From NCBI GenBank assembly GCA_002633005.1, contig NMRA01000474.1, positions 1 to 64,000 on the forward strand: a stretch of 64,000 bases of DNA. Reading direction: 5' to 3'. Shown in pieces: positions 11,201 through 26,200 of the stretch. Under the pieces are notes generated by a model. That model was not told where the DNA came from and made no database searches. It saw only the letters and a list, made by a program, of their open reading frames with translations. Both the position numbers and the translations under genes were made by a program. Position 1 is the stretch's first letter. Every line of letters starts with the position of its first letter. The stretch comes from Phoronis australis. Its lineage: Eukaryota; Animalia; Phoronida.

Positions 11201-14200
11201 TTTTTTCATAGCAAATTATTACATTGTCTAATCTTACATATATTTAATCCTTCGATCTTTTTAAAAATTAGTCTACTAATTTTTTTTCTGCCGAGCTTTG
11301 AGGAGATTAAACCCCATTTCGAAAGGATAGAGGAAATTGCTGGAGACCACGGGAAGAACAGAGGCAACCGGGAGAAGAATAAATATCTGCTGGGATATTC
11401 TCTGAAACTTGGGAAAAAATACCATCGTGGATCAAGAAATTCATAATTGTACTTCTGCGTTCTGTGATGTGTGCATTATTTAAAGCCTCTTATTAAATTT
11501 GAAAAGAAGGCATGAGTTAAAGAGCTGGATGAAAACCTAATCATTTTAATCACTAAATGGAAACCAGCATCTGATAAGCTAGCTCTACGTATTCCTAAAT
11601 CATAAACCTAAATTCAATTAATTTAAAATGTCTTGTTTTCACACTGGAAGACAGCACAGGTGATTTGAATCAACATATGAATGCTAAAAGTCGATGATGT
11701 CTACTAAACCATGTGCTTCACACTTGGTTTTAATAAGACACTGAAGTCCTGTTACTAATACTTTAAAAACATCACAGTTATTACTTACATGGGCATGCAT
11801 CACAACCATTGACAGCATGGACCAGAGAATAATTTTGTAAAAGCTTTAAGGACAAGTTCTAATTTAAAAAACAATTAATTAAAATGCATTTTTATGACAG
11901 TGATTAGTAATGTTTCAAACTTTATGTCACATTTTATATTTTGTCTGTCATATTTACTTATTAGTTTTGAATTAGGTGTTCTATTTAACGCTTAAAAACA
12001 GATTTTCCTGACAACTAACTGTCAAATGCAAACTGATTATCATTCTCGATCCAAACGATAATGCTTACCCTCTTCAAAAGGAAATGAAGGTTTTAGGTGA
12101 TTGTTTTATATCTTTAATCAAATGTATTTGAAAGTTAAAATCCTATCGTATATTCCTGTAGCATAGTAGTAGCCCTACCTGTGATAATTTCGTGCAAAAG
12201 GTCAATCGGTACATTTTAATTAAAAAACATTGAATTAGTAGCAAAAGACCAATATAGCTTAAATACTGCAAAAATTTGAATGATTCTGAATTGATATCTT
12301 AGTCACAACAAACAATTTATACTAAAAATTCAGATCGTCCCCCATCACATTAACTCAACTTACCGGTATGTTGAGCGCTCTGACAAAAATTTCTTTGCAG
12401 ATATCATCAAAAACATTAGTGTGTTGTACTTTGTAAACATTCCAATAAATCATCATGTAAAACATAAAATTGTAACTTAATGTAACTCACAGAAAATTAA
12501 CGTTAAAATTTAAATAAAAACAAATTCTCTTCGTACGTCCGTCACACCCCTTTAAAGACAATTTTCTCAGTCAGATTAAAAGATAGGGGGAAAGTTGATA
12601 CATGCCTTGAAAGCTATCAATGAGACCTATCAATTGATGGATTAATTATTTTCCTAGGGTGAACATTTTTTTCACAATTGATCAAAATGTTCTCTGATTG
12701 TACGTCTGTCACAAATGGAATTGCCCTTGTAACTGAAGAAAAAGCACTCATCAACGTTCTTGATAATAAATGAGAATATGGAAATATAAAGTTCTCAAGT
12801 TCTGAATGAGCGTATCAACCTTCGATTACTCTTGAACACATGATGTTCTTAAGTCGTATTTGAGTTACATCACTTTGTGGATAGCTTATTCCAGGGCTTG
12901 GAATTTTCTTTTTTAAGAGAATTTCCTTTTTTTGTTTCAATATTCTCTTATTTGTTTTCTAGGTTCCTCTTTTTGTCTCTTTATCATTATTTTGACTTCA
13001 TTTATTAAAAAATGTTTATTTCAATTAAATTTTACAACACAAAAACAAAGGTCTATCATGCAAGCGATATATCAATTGGTAAAAATTTCTTCTTTTTTCA
13101 TTGGTCATTCCAAGCTCTGTTATTCATCGCAGATTAGACAATTTACTGATTTGACCTCAGAGCACTGCCAGGCATGAAATCCAACTCCCAGTTCTTCAGG
13201 AGTCATTATCTTGTTATGGGTTGTTTATTGTACCAGGAGATTCACAGATTACCTGCACCTCATTGATGTGTTTATTGTCTCTTCACCTGTTGGTTAGTTA
13301 CCGAGTGAGCTTGACGTACTTGTACTGATAAAGCTCCTGAGCCAAACCCTGTCGGATCTTGAATGTGAATTAGTGTGTAGTTAAACAGCTTGTGTGCTTG
13401 TGAAGTGGATTGTGTCTAGAGGTGTTCGTGTCCTGTTATTTGTGCCGTCGGTTTGAATCTATTGATATAGTCATGGTTTTGCTTCTGGCCATAGTGGTTG
13501 AGATTTAACTATCACTAATGTGAGGGCCTGATGGTTGTGTGTATGCGCTAGTGACACCTTCTGGCCGTGCACGATTGTCCACTGCAATGAGGTGAGAAAC
13601 CATTTCTGACTTTGATGTATGGAGCTAAGTTTGGCCCTCAATTTCAAACAAAAAGGATTGTTAAAGTTGTTATTTCACAATTTGTAAGACTTAGCACCAG
13701 CAGTTGAAGGCTTTTTCGGCAGGTATGTTTATTCATCGCAATATGTCCAACAAGTGAAAGGTCTCCACAGAAGTTAAGATCGAGAAACATTTAATCTATT
13801 AGCCTGATTTGTCCCTATTAATTTTATGCAATACAAGTAGAGAATTATGGTACTTAAATTTTGCCATGTGCCATTAGGTACAGCAGAAACCTTGCTACTT
13901 TGCTGAAGAATTAAGACGACATAACATTACGCTTTCTGCCAAACTTTGGTTTAATTTGATGACACAATCTGACATTACAAGGCCATAACTTCAACATAAA
14001 TGTGCTTGTGTACCCTATCTATAGGTAAATGTGTCTTATTTCTGTCCAAGTGATTCATTGATACCAATACTTAACTATTGTTATGCAAAACATCTGCACT
14101 GGTCCCTGGCCAATTTGATATGTTGGCAATATTTGATGTGCATTGATGGGCTCTATTGACTAGTTGTTTACAATGTAAATACTATAGTGTATTGATTTCA

Positions 14201-17200
14201 AATGGGTACTCAATCTAATGGGGGTCGATTTAAAGAGGTAACATGGACACTTTGTTGCCCTGTGGTAAAGGAACATATCTGGAATAGATGGGGAAAATGT
14301 ACCACCTGCATGTTGGGCATCAGATTTAGTGAGAGAAGAGGACAAGTTTATATTCCACAAAACCCTATGCCCCTATTGTGGGCCACAGAATCGCCATTGC
14401 TTTTCATGTAAAGTTGGAATGTTTATTGCCGCTGCATTTGTGACTGGATGGATGTAGACATCACTTCCTGCTTGTTCAGGCTGCTGTGAATTGCCACATT
14501 GATGGACCTCTAGTTATTTATTGGTGACTAATAGGAGGACCACATCTGGATTTGTCCTAAATGCCAGGGGTAATTGGAGAGTCTTGACACTCTGCTATAA
14601 TGTTTTCACCCAGAAACAGGTTGGTATTTTGTGAAGTTAACTTTGGGTTTGCGTTGGTCTACGTGATGTGTATTTTGAGTTTGAGAAGATCAGTTTGATT
14701 AGGTACAGTGATTGTATCGCTGGCCTAAGTGGCATTTCTTTATTCACTTTTTAATGCAAGTCAGTTGTTACTTTAGACATGGCAAATGTTAAGGTTTCAG
14801 GTTTATGTGCTGTTTTAATATGAACTTAATGTAAGGTAAATCTCACATTGTTGTGACTACCCACAACTTTTGAAAATATTAACTGTTGATAGTTGTAGCA
14901 CAGAAGTTATATCTAAGCATCGTTTTGGTTCTGTGTGTCAAATGAAAAAATAAGAAAGTAAACTTTCACCTGTCTACCTTATTGTGTCTTAAAGTGGTGA
15001 GATTTTGCTATGCAGGGTTTTTGTCCTGTGGTAAATTATCTTGATGACAAATGGAAGACTAGATCTGAGGGCTCTGAATATTATCTTGAAGTGTAACATT
15101 CTTTGCCTAAAATCGTCACGGCAGTCCGAAGGTCAATTTGTGCGTCCTCTCTTTACTTAAAGGTTAAAACTAGTATAGTGTAATGTGCCCTGTAACAGGT
15201 GTACTATGATAAAAATTCTCCAGTTTGAAACGGTGAAAATTAAGTATTTTGCCTAAGGTCAGAGCTTGTCCCAAACGCTTGAAATAGACAGTATCGGTCA
15301 TCCTCAATTCAAGAATCATCATAAATACAGAAAAGTTACCTACTCTGTGGATTGAAAATACACTGTCCAAAATTTGAGAAATATGATAAACACTAAAATT
15401 GCTCTTATCCCAAATTTCAGAATCAAGAAACTTCAATTTTGCGAGTGTCGGTGTCTCAAGTTCTGGGTACTGACCGAAATTGGAGAATTTTTACTGTATT
15501 AGTAGTTGAAAGGGTCAATGAGCTGGGGGCTTACTGTTGGAGGTGGCTCTTTGGAAATCCCCAGTGGGACTTGAATGAAGTTATGCCTTAGTTTACTACA
15601 TCAGAAATGTCAAATAACTTTATCAAGTGGCATGTTTGGAGTACAAATTTTGTTGTGCAATTTCCACGCCTTGGGACTTGGGGGTTGGAACGCTAGTGCT
15701 AGCGAATGTTATGAACCACAGGCACATCGTAACGTAGTTTTGTGTTAAAACAATACGTTGATATACACACAAACGTTTTGCAAATGATGAGCAGTGCAAA
15801 AATGACACCGTTAGGCTTGCGTTTAGGTGTAAGCTCTTTACGAGGGAACTACGATGCCTCTGGGAACTGAATGTTTGCTCATTGTCATGATCTTGACTGT
15901 TAACAACATTCTTTAACACCCACTGGATCTCGCCCATACTAGTAGTCCATAGCGTGAGTGACACAGATGTGTATTGATTTTGCAGTTTCTTACCTTGATG
16001 CATTTACTAAACATCTGTGTGACCACCTGACTGAGTGCGTTAATTATTGTGCAACATTGTGTCATTGTACGTGAACGGTAGTTAATTATCAAGAGTTATG
16101 ACAGTGAGTTTATGTTTAGGAGGTCCACCTATGTTGTTGGTTTTGAATTCATATCAGGCTGGTGATTGATTGGTTAATTATCTGATCATCTACAGCATTT
16201 TTTGATCGTTTATCATTGCTCAGTCAGCCTCGGTAATACACATTATTGCTGATGTTAAATCTTGCATGAAATATTATATCAGAAGTTAACTTAAATTCTC
16301 TTCAACCATTTATTTGGTACCATTCATATGAATTCTTAGAAATTGTTTATATGAATGCACATAAAAAACTTTTACGCAATGAATTATGATCAGGCGAGAT
16401 AGTCCGAGAATGGCCTAGTTGTAACTAGAAGAAGATTGGTAAAACTGCTTTGCTAAATGCCCACATACAGAATGGAACATTTATTTCAATGTTACATTAA
16501 TGGTATACACTGGCTCTCTGGGACTGTGCTTATTACTTTCTTAAAGGAATGACATGAAAATAAATAAAATTTGTGAGCTGACACCATAGGTTTGGTGTAG
16601 ACTTGCCATGCCTGGTATTGTATGCACAGCATGTCTTGTTTTCCATGGCAACATATCTCGCCAAGGAGAAGAGAACATAAGTTTCGAGAACTAATGATTT
16701 AATCATGGCGCGCACAATCTCTGCTCATGAAACATTAACGGCAGCAGACTCCTGACAGGATACGGCAGACCTACCATTTGTCATGAGTGTAGATCTTACA
16801 TGCAAACAGGCTGAGAGGGAAGACTTGTGCTACTATTTGTTTTGGCTCCAGTGTAAATGTAATCGGCAACACGCATATTGGAAATTGAGAGATCAGCCAC
16901 AAGTTTGGGATAATTGTTTGTTCAGATAAGGGGAAGATTATTGCTTAATTGGCCAGTTCTATGCCAGCCAGTGGTGCTCTTCTGTACTGTCTTGTCTTGT
17001 TTTAAGGTTAATCTACCTTATATTATTGTGTTAGTGAAATGCTGAAGAACAAAGCCTTTGCTACAGTGGTCAATGCAGCTTGATGGATGCAGAGTTTCCC
17101 TGTGAGAGGATTGCCTGGTTGGCTGTATTGTTGCTTATGTGTTGGCTAATGGATCCATTGCAACAGCTTTCATTATAGGCTGCCTAGTTCTCCTGAACAG

Positions 17201-20200
17201 CTGAGTGTGTTCAGTCAATACAGAGAGATCAGTGGAGTGAAAGATAGACACTGGCTCATTCAGAATCGCAACAGTGTAGTGGTCTGTGCACTTGTTTATG
17301 TGGCAAGTTCCACCGTGGCCTGAAGTGTTGGTTGGGATCCTGTGTCTGATTCACACACATTGGCATCTGTGGCCTGCCTAGTTATAGCATGATTTAATGC
17401 TGGTGAAATTTGAAAATTCCTAGGTTCAGTGATCTCATTCCTGCTTGGACTGTGTACAGTTGGTATGAGCAGGTGTCATATTCCTGCATTGTAGCCTGGC
17501 AGTGCGATTTGAAAGTTCTGGCAAACCCATTGTAATCTTTGCTATCAGCTGGATGGTGACCTGACAATCACCCTGTTGTTTTGTTCAACATAAGTGTTGG
17601 TTCAAGTTGGGGGAATCCCTGCGCTTCATTTAGCTCTTCCTGTCAAGACAGGAAGTAAAATTGGCCTGCACGAGACATCGCTTGTGGTTTGGTGGACTCT
17701 GCCTGCATTTGTTCAAATCTGTTCCTGGTGTGAGATTGGCTGGCAGTCCAGAACAGGCTGTGGTTACAAGCTAGACAGTGAAACTCGAAACAAGAACATG
17801 AAGTCAAGTTACAGTGAATAATTTGTTATCCGCCATGTACCAAATTAAAATGCGGTATGTTCTACCATAGACTGTGGTTGGCTTGAGTAGTCTTCTTTCT
17901 CGTGATTTTAAAACGTTTTGCCTAGGCGCACACTTTTTTGTCTTCTGTTTAGGTGGTGGTTGCAGAAATCCGGTGTATGTCACTTCTGCCTGCTGTGATG
18001 TAATCATGGTAATGACTGCTGCTGAAGGTTTTCTTAGAAACTGAACTTTTCTCCATTTCTCTACGTAGTCCCTAGATTCATGGTATCGGCTATTGGTTCC
18101 TATTGAATACTCAGCCTCAAGTTGTGCCAACTCTTGCCGGCTATGGCACATGGAGATCTCTCTGGTGAAACAGCCGACTTTTGTGTGCACTAGTTTGCCC
18201 TTTTAACTTTCCTAACCTAATCCGACAGGCAGGCAGATTTCTCTTTGAAACAACTTCTGTTTAATCTTTCAGCTTTGGTCTGTTTTTATTCCTAGAATTG
18301 TTCCAGTAAAGACCTTTTTGCACCTGAAGTAGATGACTAAATTCACTCCAGTCCCATGTTAACCATCTCTGTGGCATACTGAATGTTGGCAAGGGTCCTT
18401 GTACAGCTTCTAGAATACCTGTGCTTGCTTCTATAACCCTCATTCTGATTGTTCTCGGCCCCTATTTTCCGTGCTAGAATTTTATGCTGGTTAGCGTGCT
18501 AATAAACTTGACTGCATAGTTCTGGTCTGAATGAGGACGAAGACACTTGAACACCGGTTGTGGTTGTTGTGACTTACTCCTGGAGACTCCTGGTGTTGGT
18601 TCTGTTCATATCACTCCTAGTTGAAACCAAGGGTGAATGGTGTTGTGTTGGGGTTAGTTTTGTTTGGATTACCTGCACTGTGATGTGGACTGGGAAGTAC
18701 AGATGTTAGTAAGTGAGCAGAGATGGGGGCCCGTTGTGTTGGTGACAGATTTATGTAGGTTGGACATGATGAATTAACTTTCATATAAATCGTGACTTGA
18801 AACAAGTGGTGGTCATTACATGTGGAAGCATTTAGTGATGAGCCTTGTTGTAAGGAGTCATGGATGATGGTGGTTGTTGCCAAGAATTGATGTGCATTTG
18901 TGTTTTGTCAAATAACAGGAATGACCGGTGACCAAGTCGTAACTTCGACGATTTCAACTTGATTGGCTGCTGACTGGTGGGCTGAGAAATTTAGGGAGAG
19001 TGAATGTTTTAGAGCGTGGAACAGACTGGTAACGTCATTCTGTTCATCTGTTGTATGGGTACAGACTACCAGGGTCCTCTGTTTGGGTCATGGAGAATTG
19101 CACGTTCGTGGACGTTGAGTGTGCAGAGGGAATAGATCTGTCCGCAGTCTTACAACAGGGGAGATAATGCTGCACAAGCAAACTGCACAAGGATATCTGT
19201 TGGCAGACCAGATGGACTCTGCAGGGGACATAACTATGTTCATATCTTGGTTGAACAAGTGGGAGAAATTTTGAAAAGGCTGTGGTACAGAAGGGAGATA
19301 TCAGTCTTAATCATGTATCACTTTTTCAGTGCCAACCCAGACCATCTGGCGGAGGTGACGTTTGGTGCTAATGTGGTCAAGATGACGGACGGCACAGTAG
19401 GCAGTGAGTATACAATCTTGATGACCGCTGGTCATTTCATTAAAAAAACACTAAATCGTGGTCTTGATTTTTACAAGACGGGGTTTTTGGTCTAAATAGG
19501 CCTTGCTAGTATTTTCCACGCACCTGATATTGTACCTAATAGAATATAGGGACAGAATTTTCAAGTTTCGTGCAAAATTTGGCATGTATATGGCAGCCCT
19601 GACTTATCCCCATGCCAGACTTGGAAAACTCCCATTCAATCACATGACTACAAACAGGCAGTACAGTCGTGCGCCCAATATGTTTCTGTGATCATCAAGA
19701 ATTTGAAACAGATATGGTTTCATATATTTAAGGATGCGTGGCTGGGGGAGAGCAAGGTATCTATTTATTTATTTATTATTGTGATATTTAAAATGAGGGT
19801 GGCCTCTTCAGTGATAGCACTGCTTTCCAAGAGGGCCCTCAACAAGAAAAACAGTAATATAATACAATGAAGTAATAAAACAACAATGAAATATACGTAA
19901 CAAAGATACAATTAAAACAGTTAAGGTTGAGAATTAAGACAATAACTAAATGACAAATAATGGTAAAAAATTAACTAAGACAGATGAATTAAATTAAGAG
20001 ATGACTCTAGACAATGAGAGTATTTACGACAATTTTACTTTAAGCCATAAATGACGCATGTGTGCTCTTTCTGTTCTCAGTATCACTATGGCAAACCAGA
20101 AGTCTTATTTCAAGGCTTGATTTTTTGTAAGGATCACAAAATTTAATCAAAACATTCGACACTTGCCATTGTGCGAAATAGGGTGTCCCAAGGTAATACT

Positions 20201-23200
20201 AAATAAAGTTCTTTAAACGGTGCTCAGTACAAGATTAATTGAAAGCACACATGTCTGATGTTAAACTTGTTCAACAAATTTGATCGACAAAATCTTTTGT
20301 GACATGACCTTCGCAGTATTGGAAAGGTACAGCCCTCAATTGAAGTGTGGGGCCAAATCTGCAGAAAACAAAGATTTTCGGTGAAATCAAAATGAGACCA
20401 CAGCAATTCTCCACTTATTTTGCACAAAAATAATTATCAAAATGTCCGCTGTTCTGTTTGTTCAAAGGCTGATTACAATTTTGTAATTAATATTCTTAAT
20501 CTATGCAAATTAAGTTAAGAATTGAAGAATTATAATTGTAGTATAAATGTTTTATTTTTGAACAATTTTATCCAAATGCAGTGCCTAGGGGTTGTATGTT
20601 TTTTGAGTGATCAGGTAGATATCGAGAAGAGCTTAGACAGTTTTGCGCTAAACGTGAACTTTGACCTTTGCACCAGCCGCACTAAAAGTGTGCCATGGTT
20701 GCAAAAACGTACTCTTAATTTGAACACTGCGTGCATTTGTGTTTCAGTGGTGGAGAAGGCAAGCAGTGGGCGCATGTCGCCAGTGCGCGCCCGCACCATG
20801 AAGGAGTACGACCAGGAAATCACGGAGCTGAAGAAGGAGAACTTCAGTCTGAAACTTCGCATCTACTTCCTGGAGGAGAAGGTCCAGCAGCGTCACGGCG
20901 ACGACGCCGACTTCAAGACGGTACGACTGTTGAATTATGGGCTTTTTTGGCTAAGCCGCCTTAAACCATGATATGGTGTTCCTAAGCCAACTTTCTTCAT
21001 GGACATATTTGCTCTTACAAGGCAACATCTTCGCGTTTTATCCTTTGTTTGATTCCATCTTTGGCGCTGCTAGTGATTTACATTGAGGGACAGCTGTCAG
21101 TGACATGACTGGTAACTCGACACCGCTTGTCGGTGAACTAGAATTGAAAGTATGGGTCCACTGCAACACGCTCTTTGGTGAGAGTACGACAAAGAAACCA
21201 CTGTTAAAAAGCACAGGTTGAAAACAAGCCTCAAAATGCATTGAATGAATATATATATCAGCCAGTTTTTTGCATGAAAGATTCTCAAGGATCGTGCCAT
21301 CTTATTGGGTTGGAATGAAATCTCAACAACTAAAACACAAATTACGATTGGGTTTACAGGTCCACAAGCTATCTGTGATGTCTTTGGATGTTGCGAGCTG
21401 TTAAACACCCACAGGGCATTTGGAAAATGGCAGCAGAATTGAAATTTATACAGTAAATCTCCTGAATATCCTACAATGGTCAAACTACCTAACCGACTAT
21501 AACAATTAAACATTTTATTATCTAACTGCATGCCATAGGTCTTACAGTTGTTATTGATTGTGCTATATTCCACGTACTTTTAGTGTACCAAATAATGAAC
21601 TGGTTGTAAATACAGATTTTTATTCTTTATTTCTCTTAAATTCTGCTGAAAAGAATACCATGGACCGACGTTTTTGTTATTTTCGTTATGAGATCCGCGA
21701 TCTTCGCAAGGCTAATGTGTTTCAGTGTCTAGTATGAGCCAGTGATGATGACTGTATTCGACGACTTGTCCTCACGTAAAAGCATTCCTGAACTGCACAA
21801 GTTCAAAGGTGGTGTGTGCGAAATAGGCAATAGTTTGTCACAGACTATGAATTTTTCATGACCCAATCAAACCTCGGATTAATATTTGATCAGCTGTGTG
21901 TGACTAGCCCTTACTGGATGTTTCTTCTTCTAAACAAAAGATGGCGATAAAGAGGACTAACTCGAAAATTATTATCAGTCTTGTCCCTATAGTTTTGTTG
22001 CAGTGGCCATGCATGACCTTTGAATTAAGAAACTGAAAATTGGGGACGTGGTGTTTGTATGCCGAGTATAACAGCAAGAAGCATATTTCAGTTGTAGATG
22101 TTTAGCTGAATGTGGGCATTGGTTTGAACAAAAATACAGTAGTACATTTGACCGAAATCTTACATTAGTCAATGTCAGCTCGTTGTTGTCCTTCTGGAAT
22201 TAAAGCTGACGGTGTTAAATAGTGATTGTTGTTGGGCATCTCCTTAACTGGTGATGTGTAAAACCAACAGCAGGGCTGCCCAGCACCCATATGGCCATGG
22301 TGGCCTTGTTGAGTTGCGGTGGTTGTTGCTTTTCACCGCATTTGGTGTGACCTGTGTTGTTCTGTCTTCAGACTATTGAGCTGAAGATCCAGGTGGAGAG
22401 TTTGAAGAAAGACTTGATGGACAAACAGGAACTGCTGAAGACTGCCTCGTGAGTTGTCAGCATTTTTTTATTCCAGCGGCGCTGTGAGTAGATTTCGTGG
22501 TGAATAATTGGCATTTTGTGTCAGAATTTACCAACAGCGCCATTTCGGAGAGATTGACAGTGGTGGTTATACGTTTCATGCTGCTAGTGCAGGAGGACAT
22601 TTAAAGCAGCTTTTTACCCTGTTTAGATGGCAAAAAGACAGATTAGCCCTTTTAACGTCATACAGTTGGTGTTCTAATACTCCAACTTGAGTCATAGGCA
22701 AAGCATACATGCGCCATTTTCAAATTTGTCACTTTAGGTTTGGCCAACCTCAATAAACCATTAAAGCAATTTCCTTACCCTCTAGGGATTTCATTGCTCT
22801 TATTGGCCATAGAATCTATTTCCAGTACCAAGTAAAAAATCAAAACCATCTGCAACTTAAAAAAATTCTTCAAAGTTTATTGAGGTTGGCCAACTGTAGA
22901 ATTACAAATTTGAAAATGGCACGTATTGACTATGTTCTTTTTCTCTTTGATAGCAGTACTAGAATTTTGCCATCTTAAAAACTATTATGAGACCAATTTT
23001 ACGAGTGTATGAGGTCAAACCGGATTCTCATTTTCAGCCAGAAAAGTCAAGGCAACGTTCATCTGTAACGGTCGTAAGGTGTGAAATTCATGTAGTAATT
23101 TTTGCTTCTAACAGGCAAACGCGTTTGTTTTAAACATAAAATACCATGATGTAATCTGCCCTTGCAAACATGCCTTTTGGTAAACGTTACCATACATTTT

Positions 23201-26200
23201 TAGTTCAGTGTGAACATTGGGTTTGCTGCATTTCAGAAATGCCATGGATAGTTTGTCAATTCAACACCAGGAGGTGCAGGAAAAACTACAAGAAACGGAA
23301 CAGGTTAGTTTTGTTTCATAAAATTTCTGAGTAGTCCTGATGCTGCCAATTAAAACTGTTCTATGTGGCAGCAGATGTAGAAACCACCCAGTGCAAAAGT
23401 TGATTTGTGTCTTTTGCAAATTCCAGTTTATTTAAACAACGTTTCATTAGTAAACTTCCAAATTTAAATATATTGTGAAAAGAAATAGAGCCGGGACTCA
23501 TGCCAAGAAACGAACTTTTCAATTATGACTTATGTCGACTTTCAAACTCTGAAATTTCCACATCCAGTAACCTGGACAAAACTTGAACCAAAACTTTTTA
23601 GTCAAATTTAAGATCACTTTCTTGGAATGTACCTAAGATAAATTGAAGTTTAATTTCAAAATTGACTCAATTGTAAGATTTGTGTAAGCCAAGACAGGGG
23701 CCGATATCTTCTCACCAACAATGTAAGCAAGCCCTTGTTTTGTGATATAGTCTGTGTTCAATATATTAGATGGCATATGTTAATGAGCCTGAAATATAAC
23801 AATAATGCTGAAGGCTTGTGTAAAATCTCACAAATTTAGGACACAATGTGACGGACAAGTGACACTGCATTTTAGCAGCATGTGTCTAACAGAGGTTCTA
23901 ACATCGACAACCATCCAGAATGCATGTCAGGGTACTCGGTGTCCAATCTTATTATCTCGCATAGTGCAGGGACAGACTATGACTTAAATTTAAGGAGGCC
24001 TTGTATTTTCATCGGATAAAATCATCTCTGAATGGGCATGTGCAAGACCTTTATCTCACATTGTTTTGAGGTTATTGTCTAGACTAGAGGCTTGTTTACC
24101 ATTGAGCTATTGGCCTTTTATGTCTCACACCTGCCTCCTGTTCAGTAACCTTAGNAGAAATGCCATGGATAGTTTGTCAATTCAACACCAGGAGGTGCAG
24201 GAAAAACTACAAGAAACGGAACAGGTTAGTTTTGTTTCATAAAATTTCTGAGTAGTCCTGATGCCGCCAATTAAAACTGTTCTATGTGGCAGCAGATGTA
24301 GAAACCACCCAGTACAAAATTTAATTTATGTCTTTTGCAAGTTCCAGTTTATGTTAGCAACGTCTCATTAGTAAACTTCCAAATTTAAATATATTGTGAA
24401 AAGAAATAGAGCCGGGACTCATGCCAAGAAACGGACTTTTCAATTATGACTGATGTCGACTTCCAAACTCTGAATTTTCCACATCCAGTAACGTAGACAA
24501 AACTTGAACCTAAACTTTTTAGTCAAATTTAAGATCACTTTCTTGGAATGTACCTAAGATAAACCAGGGCTTGGAATTTTCCGCGGAAACGCGGATTTCC
24601 GCTTTTTTCAAATGTTCTGTCCGTGCATTTTATTATATTTCCGTGTAAAAAAATCGAATTTGACATAAAAATTTCCGCAGCAAATTCCTTTCTTACCGCG
24701 GCGTTGCAGACGACGTTCACCTCGAAAAGCTGAAGTTGCTCTTTATGTTTCGGAGGAACGTAAATTGTCAACATTACCGGGGCATCTGGGATAGCGTGCT
24801 GGGATTTCCAATGGCGCCTCGTGTGATAGTAAACCGCGGTGACACATACTCCGGCCCTGCAGCCAAAATTGTGCGGGTCGGGAGTGGATAGACGAGGTAA
24901 AAAGACGCAGATGCATGTTACTGATGGTGGTAACGTTTTTTTTTTAGTCCCATTTTTTTTCGGCGTAAGGTTCATATCGACCATTTCAAGGCTGGGTAGC
25001 GCGCATGTTTTGGGCCGTAAAAGTTTCCGCGTTTTTCATCATTGGTCATTCCAAGCCCTGATAAACTGAAGTTTTATTTCAAAATTGTAAGATTTGTCTA
25101 AGTCAAGGAAGGAGCCGATGTCAGTGTAAGCGAGCCCTTGTTTTGAGATATAGTCTGCGTTCAATAAATTAGATGGCATATGTTAATGAGCCTGAAATAT
25201 AACAATAATGCTGAAGGCTTGTGTAAAATCTCACAAATTTAGGACACAATGTGACGGACAAGTGACACTGCATTATAGCAGCGTGTGTCTAACAGAGGTT
25301 CTAACACCGACAAACATCCAGAATGCATGTCAGGGTACTCGGTGTCCAATCTTATTATCTTGGATAGTGCAGGGACAGACTATGACTTAAATTTAAGGAG
25401 GCCTTGTATTTTCATCGGATAAAATCATCTCTGAATGGGCATGTGCAAGACCTTTATCTCACATTGTTTTGAGGTTATTGTCTAGACTAGAGGCTTGTTT
25501 ACCATTGAGCTATTGGCCTTTTATGTCTCACACCTGCCTCCTGTTCAGTAACCTTAGGACCTCACTAAAAAACAAGACTTTGCGAGATTACGCGAGATAT
25601 TGCCGTGTATTTCAAATGAGAACACGTGACTTTGGCCAGATTTTAGCTAGGTCCTAGCGTTACTAAACGCACGCCTGCACGACCGTTTAGTTGTGACCTT
25701 TTCCTTTACATCATGCTGCTTCTTGTACCTTGAGAATGAGGTGTGTGCCTTAAAACATGTCAGGAAAAAGAAGTTGTGTACTGTTTGGCTATGTATTAAA
25801 TGTTTGACTGTGCTTCTACTGAGCAGGTTTATCAAATAATATGTAGTACAAAATGGATGCTTTTCCATGTTCAAACTCACTATCACAGCTGCCAGCAGAC
25901 AGTATTTATGGACGTATGCAACAATGTTAGAAGCCTCATGTTCTGTTCTTTTAGGAAGTGGAGAACTACCGACAGATGTTGTCCGACACAGAGAACGAAC
26001 TGAAAGAGCTGAAAGACCAAGGAAGCACCGCGGTATGGATTAAGACTTAAACCACATCCTGGTTGTAGGCTTGGCCTGTAGATATTGAAGCTGTACAATG
26101 TTGCGGTTCTACACTCATTGTTAATTCTGTTTTACTTTTATGACTAGAACTCACAATGTAGTCATGACAATTCTGTTTCTATGTTTATTATCAGATTTTC

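Larger units (their letters stand above)
23235..25556. repeat. Tandem duplicate 23235-24154 / 24156-25556 across an n-join (exon 5 plus intron)
   Basis: Near-identical apart from SNPs, small indels and the MITE. Confidence 0.9.

Noticed and set aside
24158-24224. Mutually exclusive duplicate of exon 5
   Set aside because: Identical exon starting 3 nt after an n-join with no polypyrimidine tract; an assembly overlap is simpler
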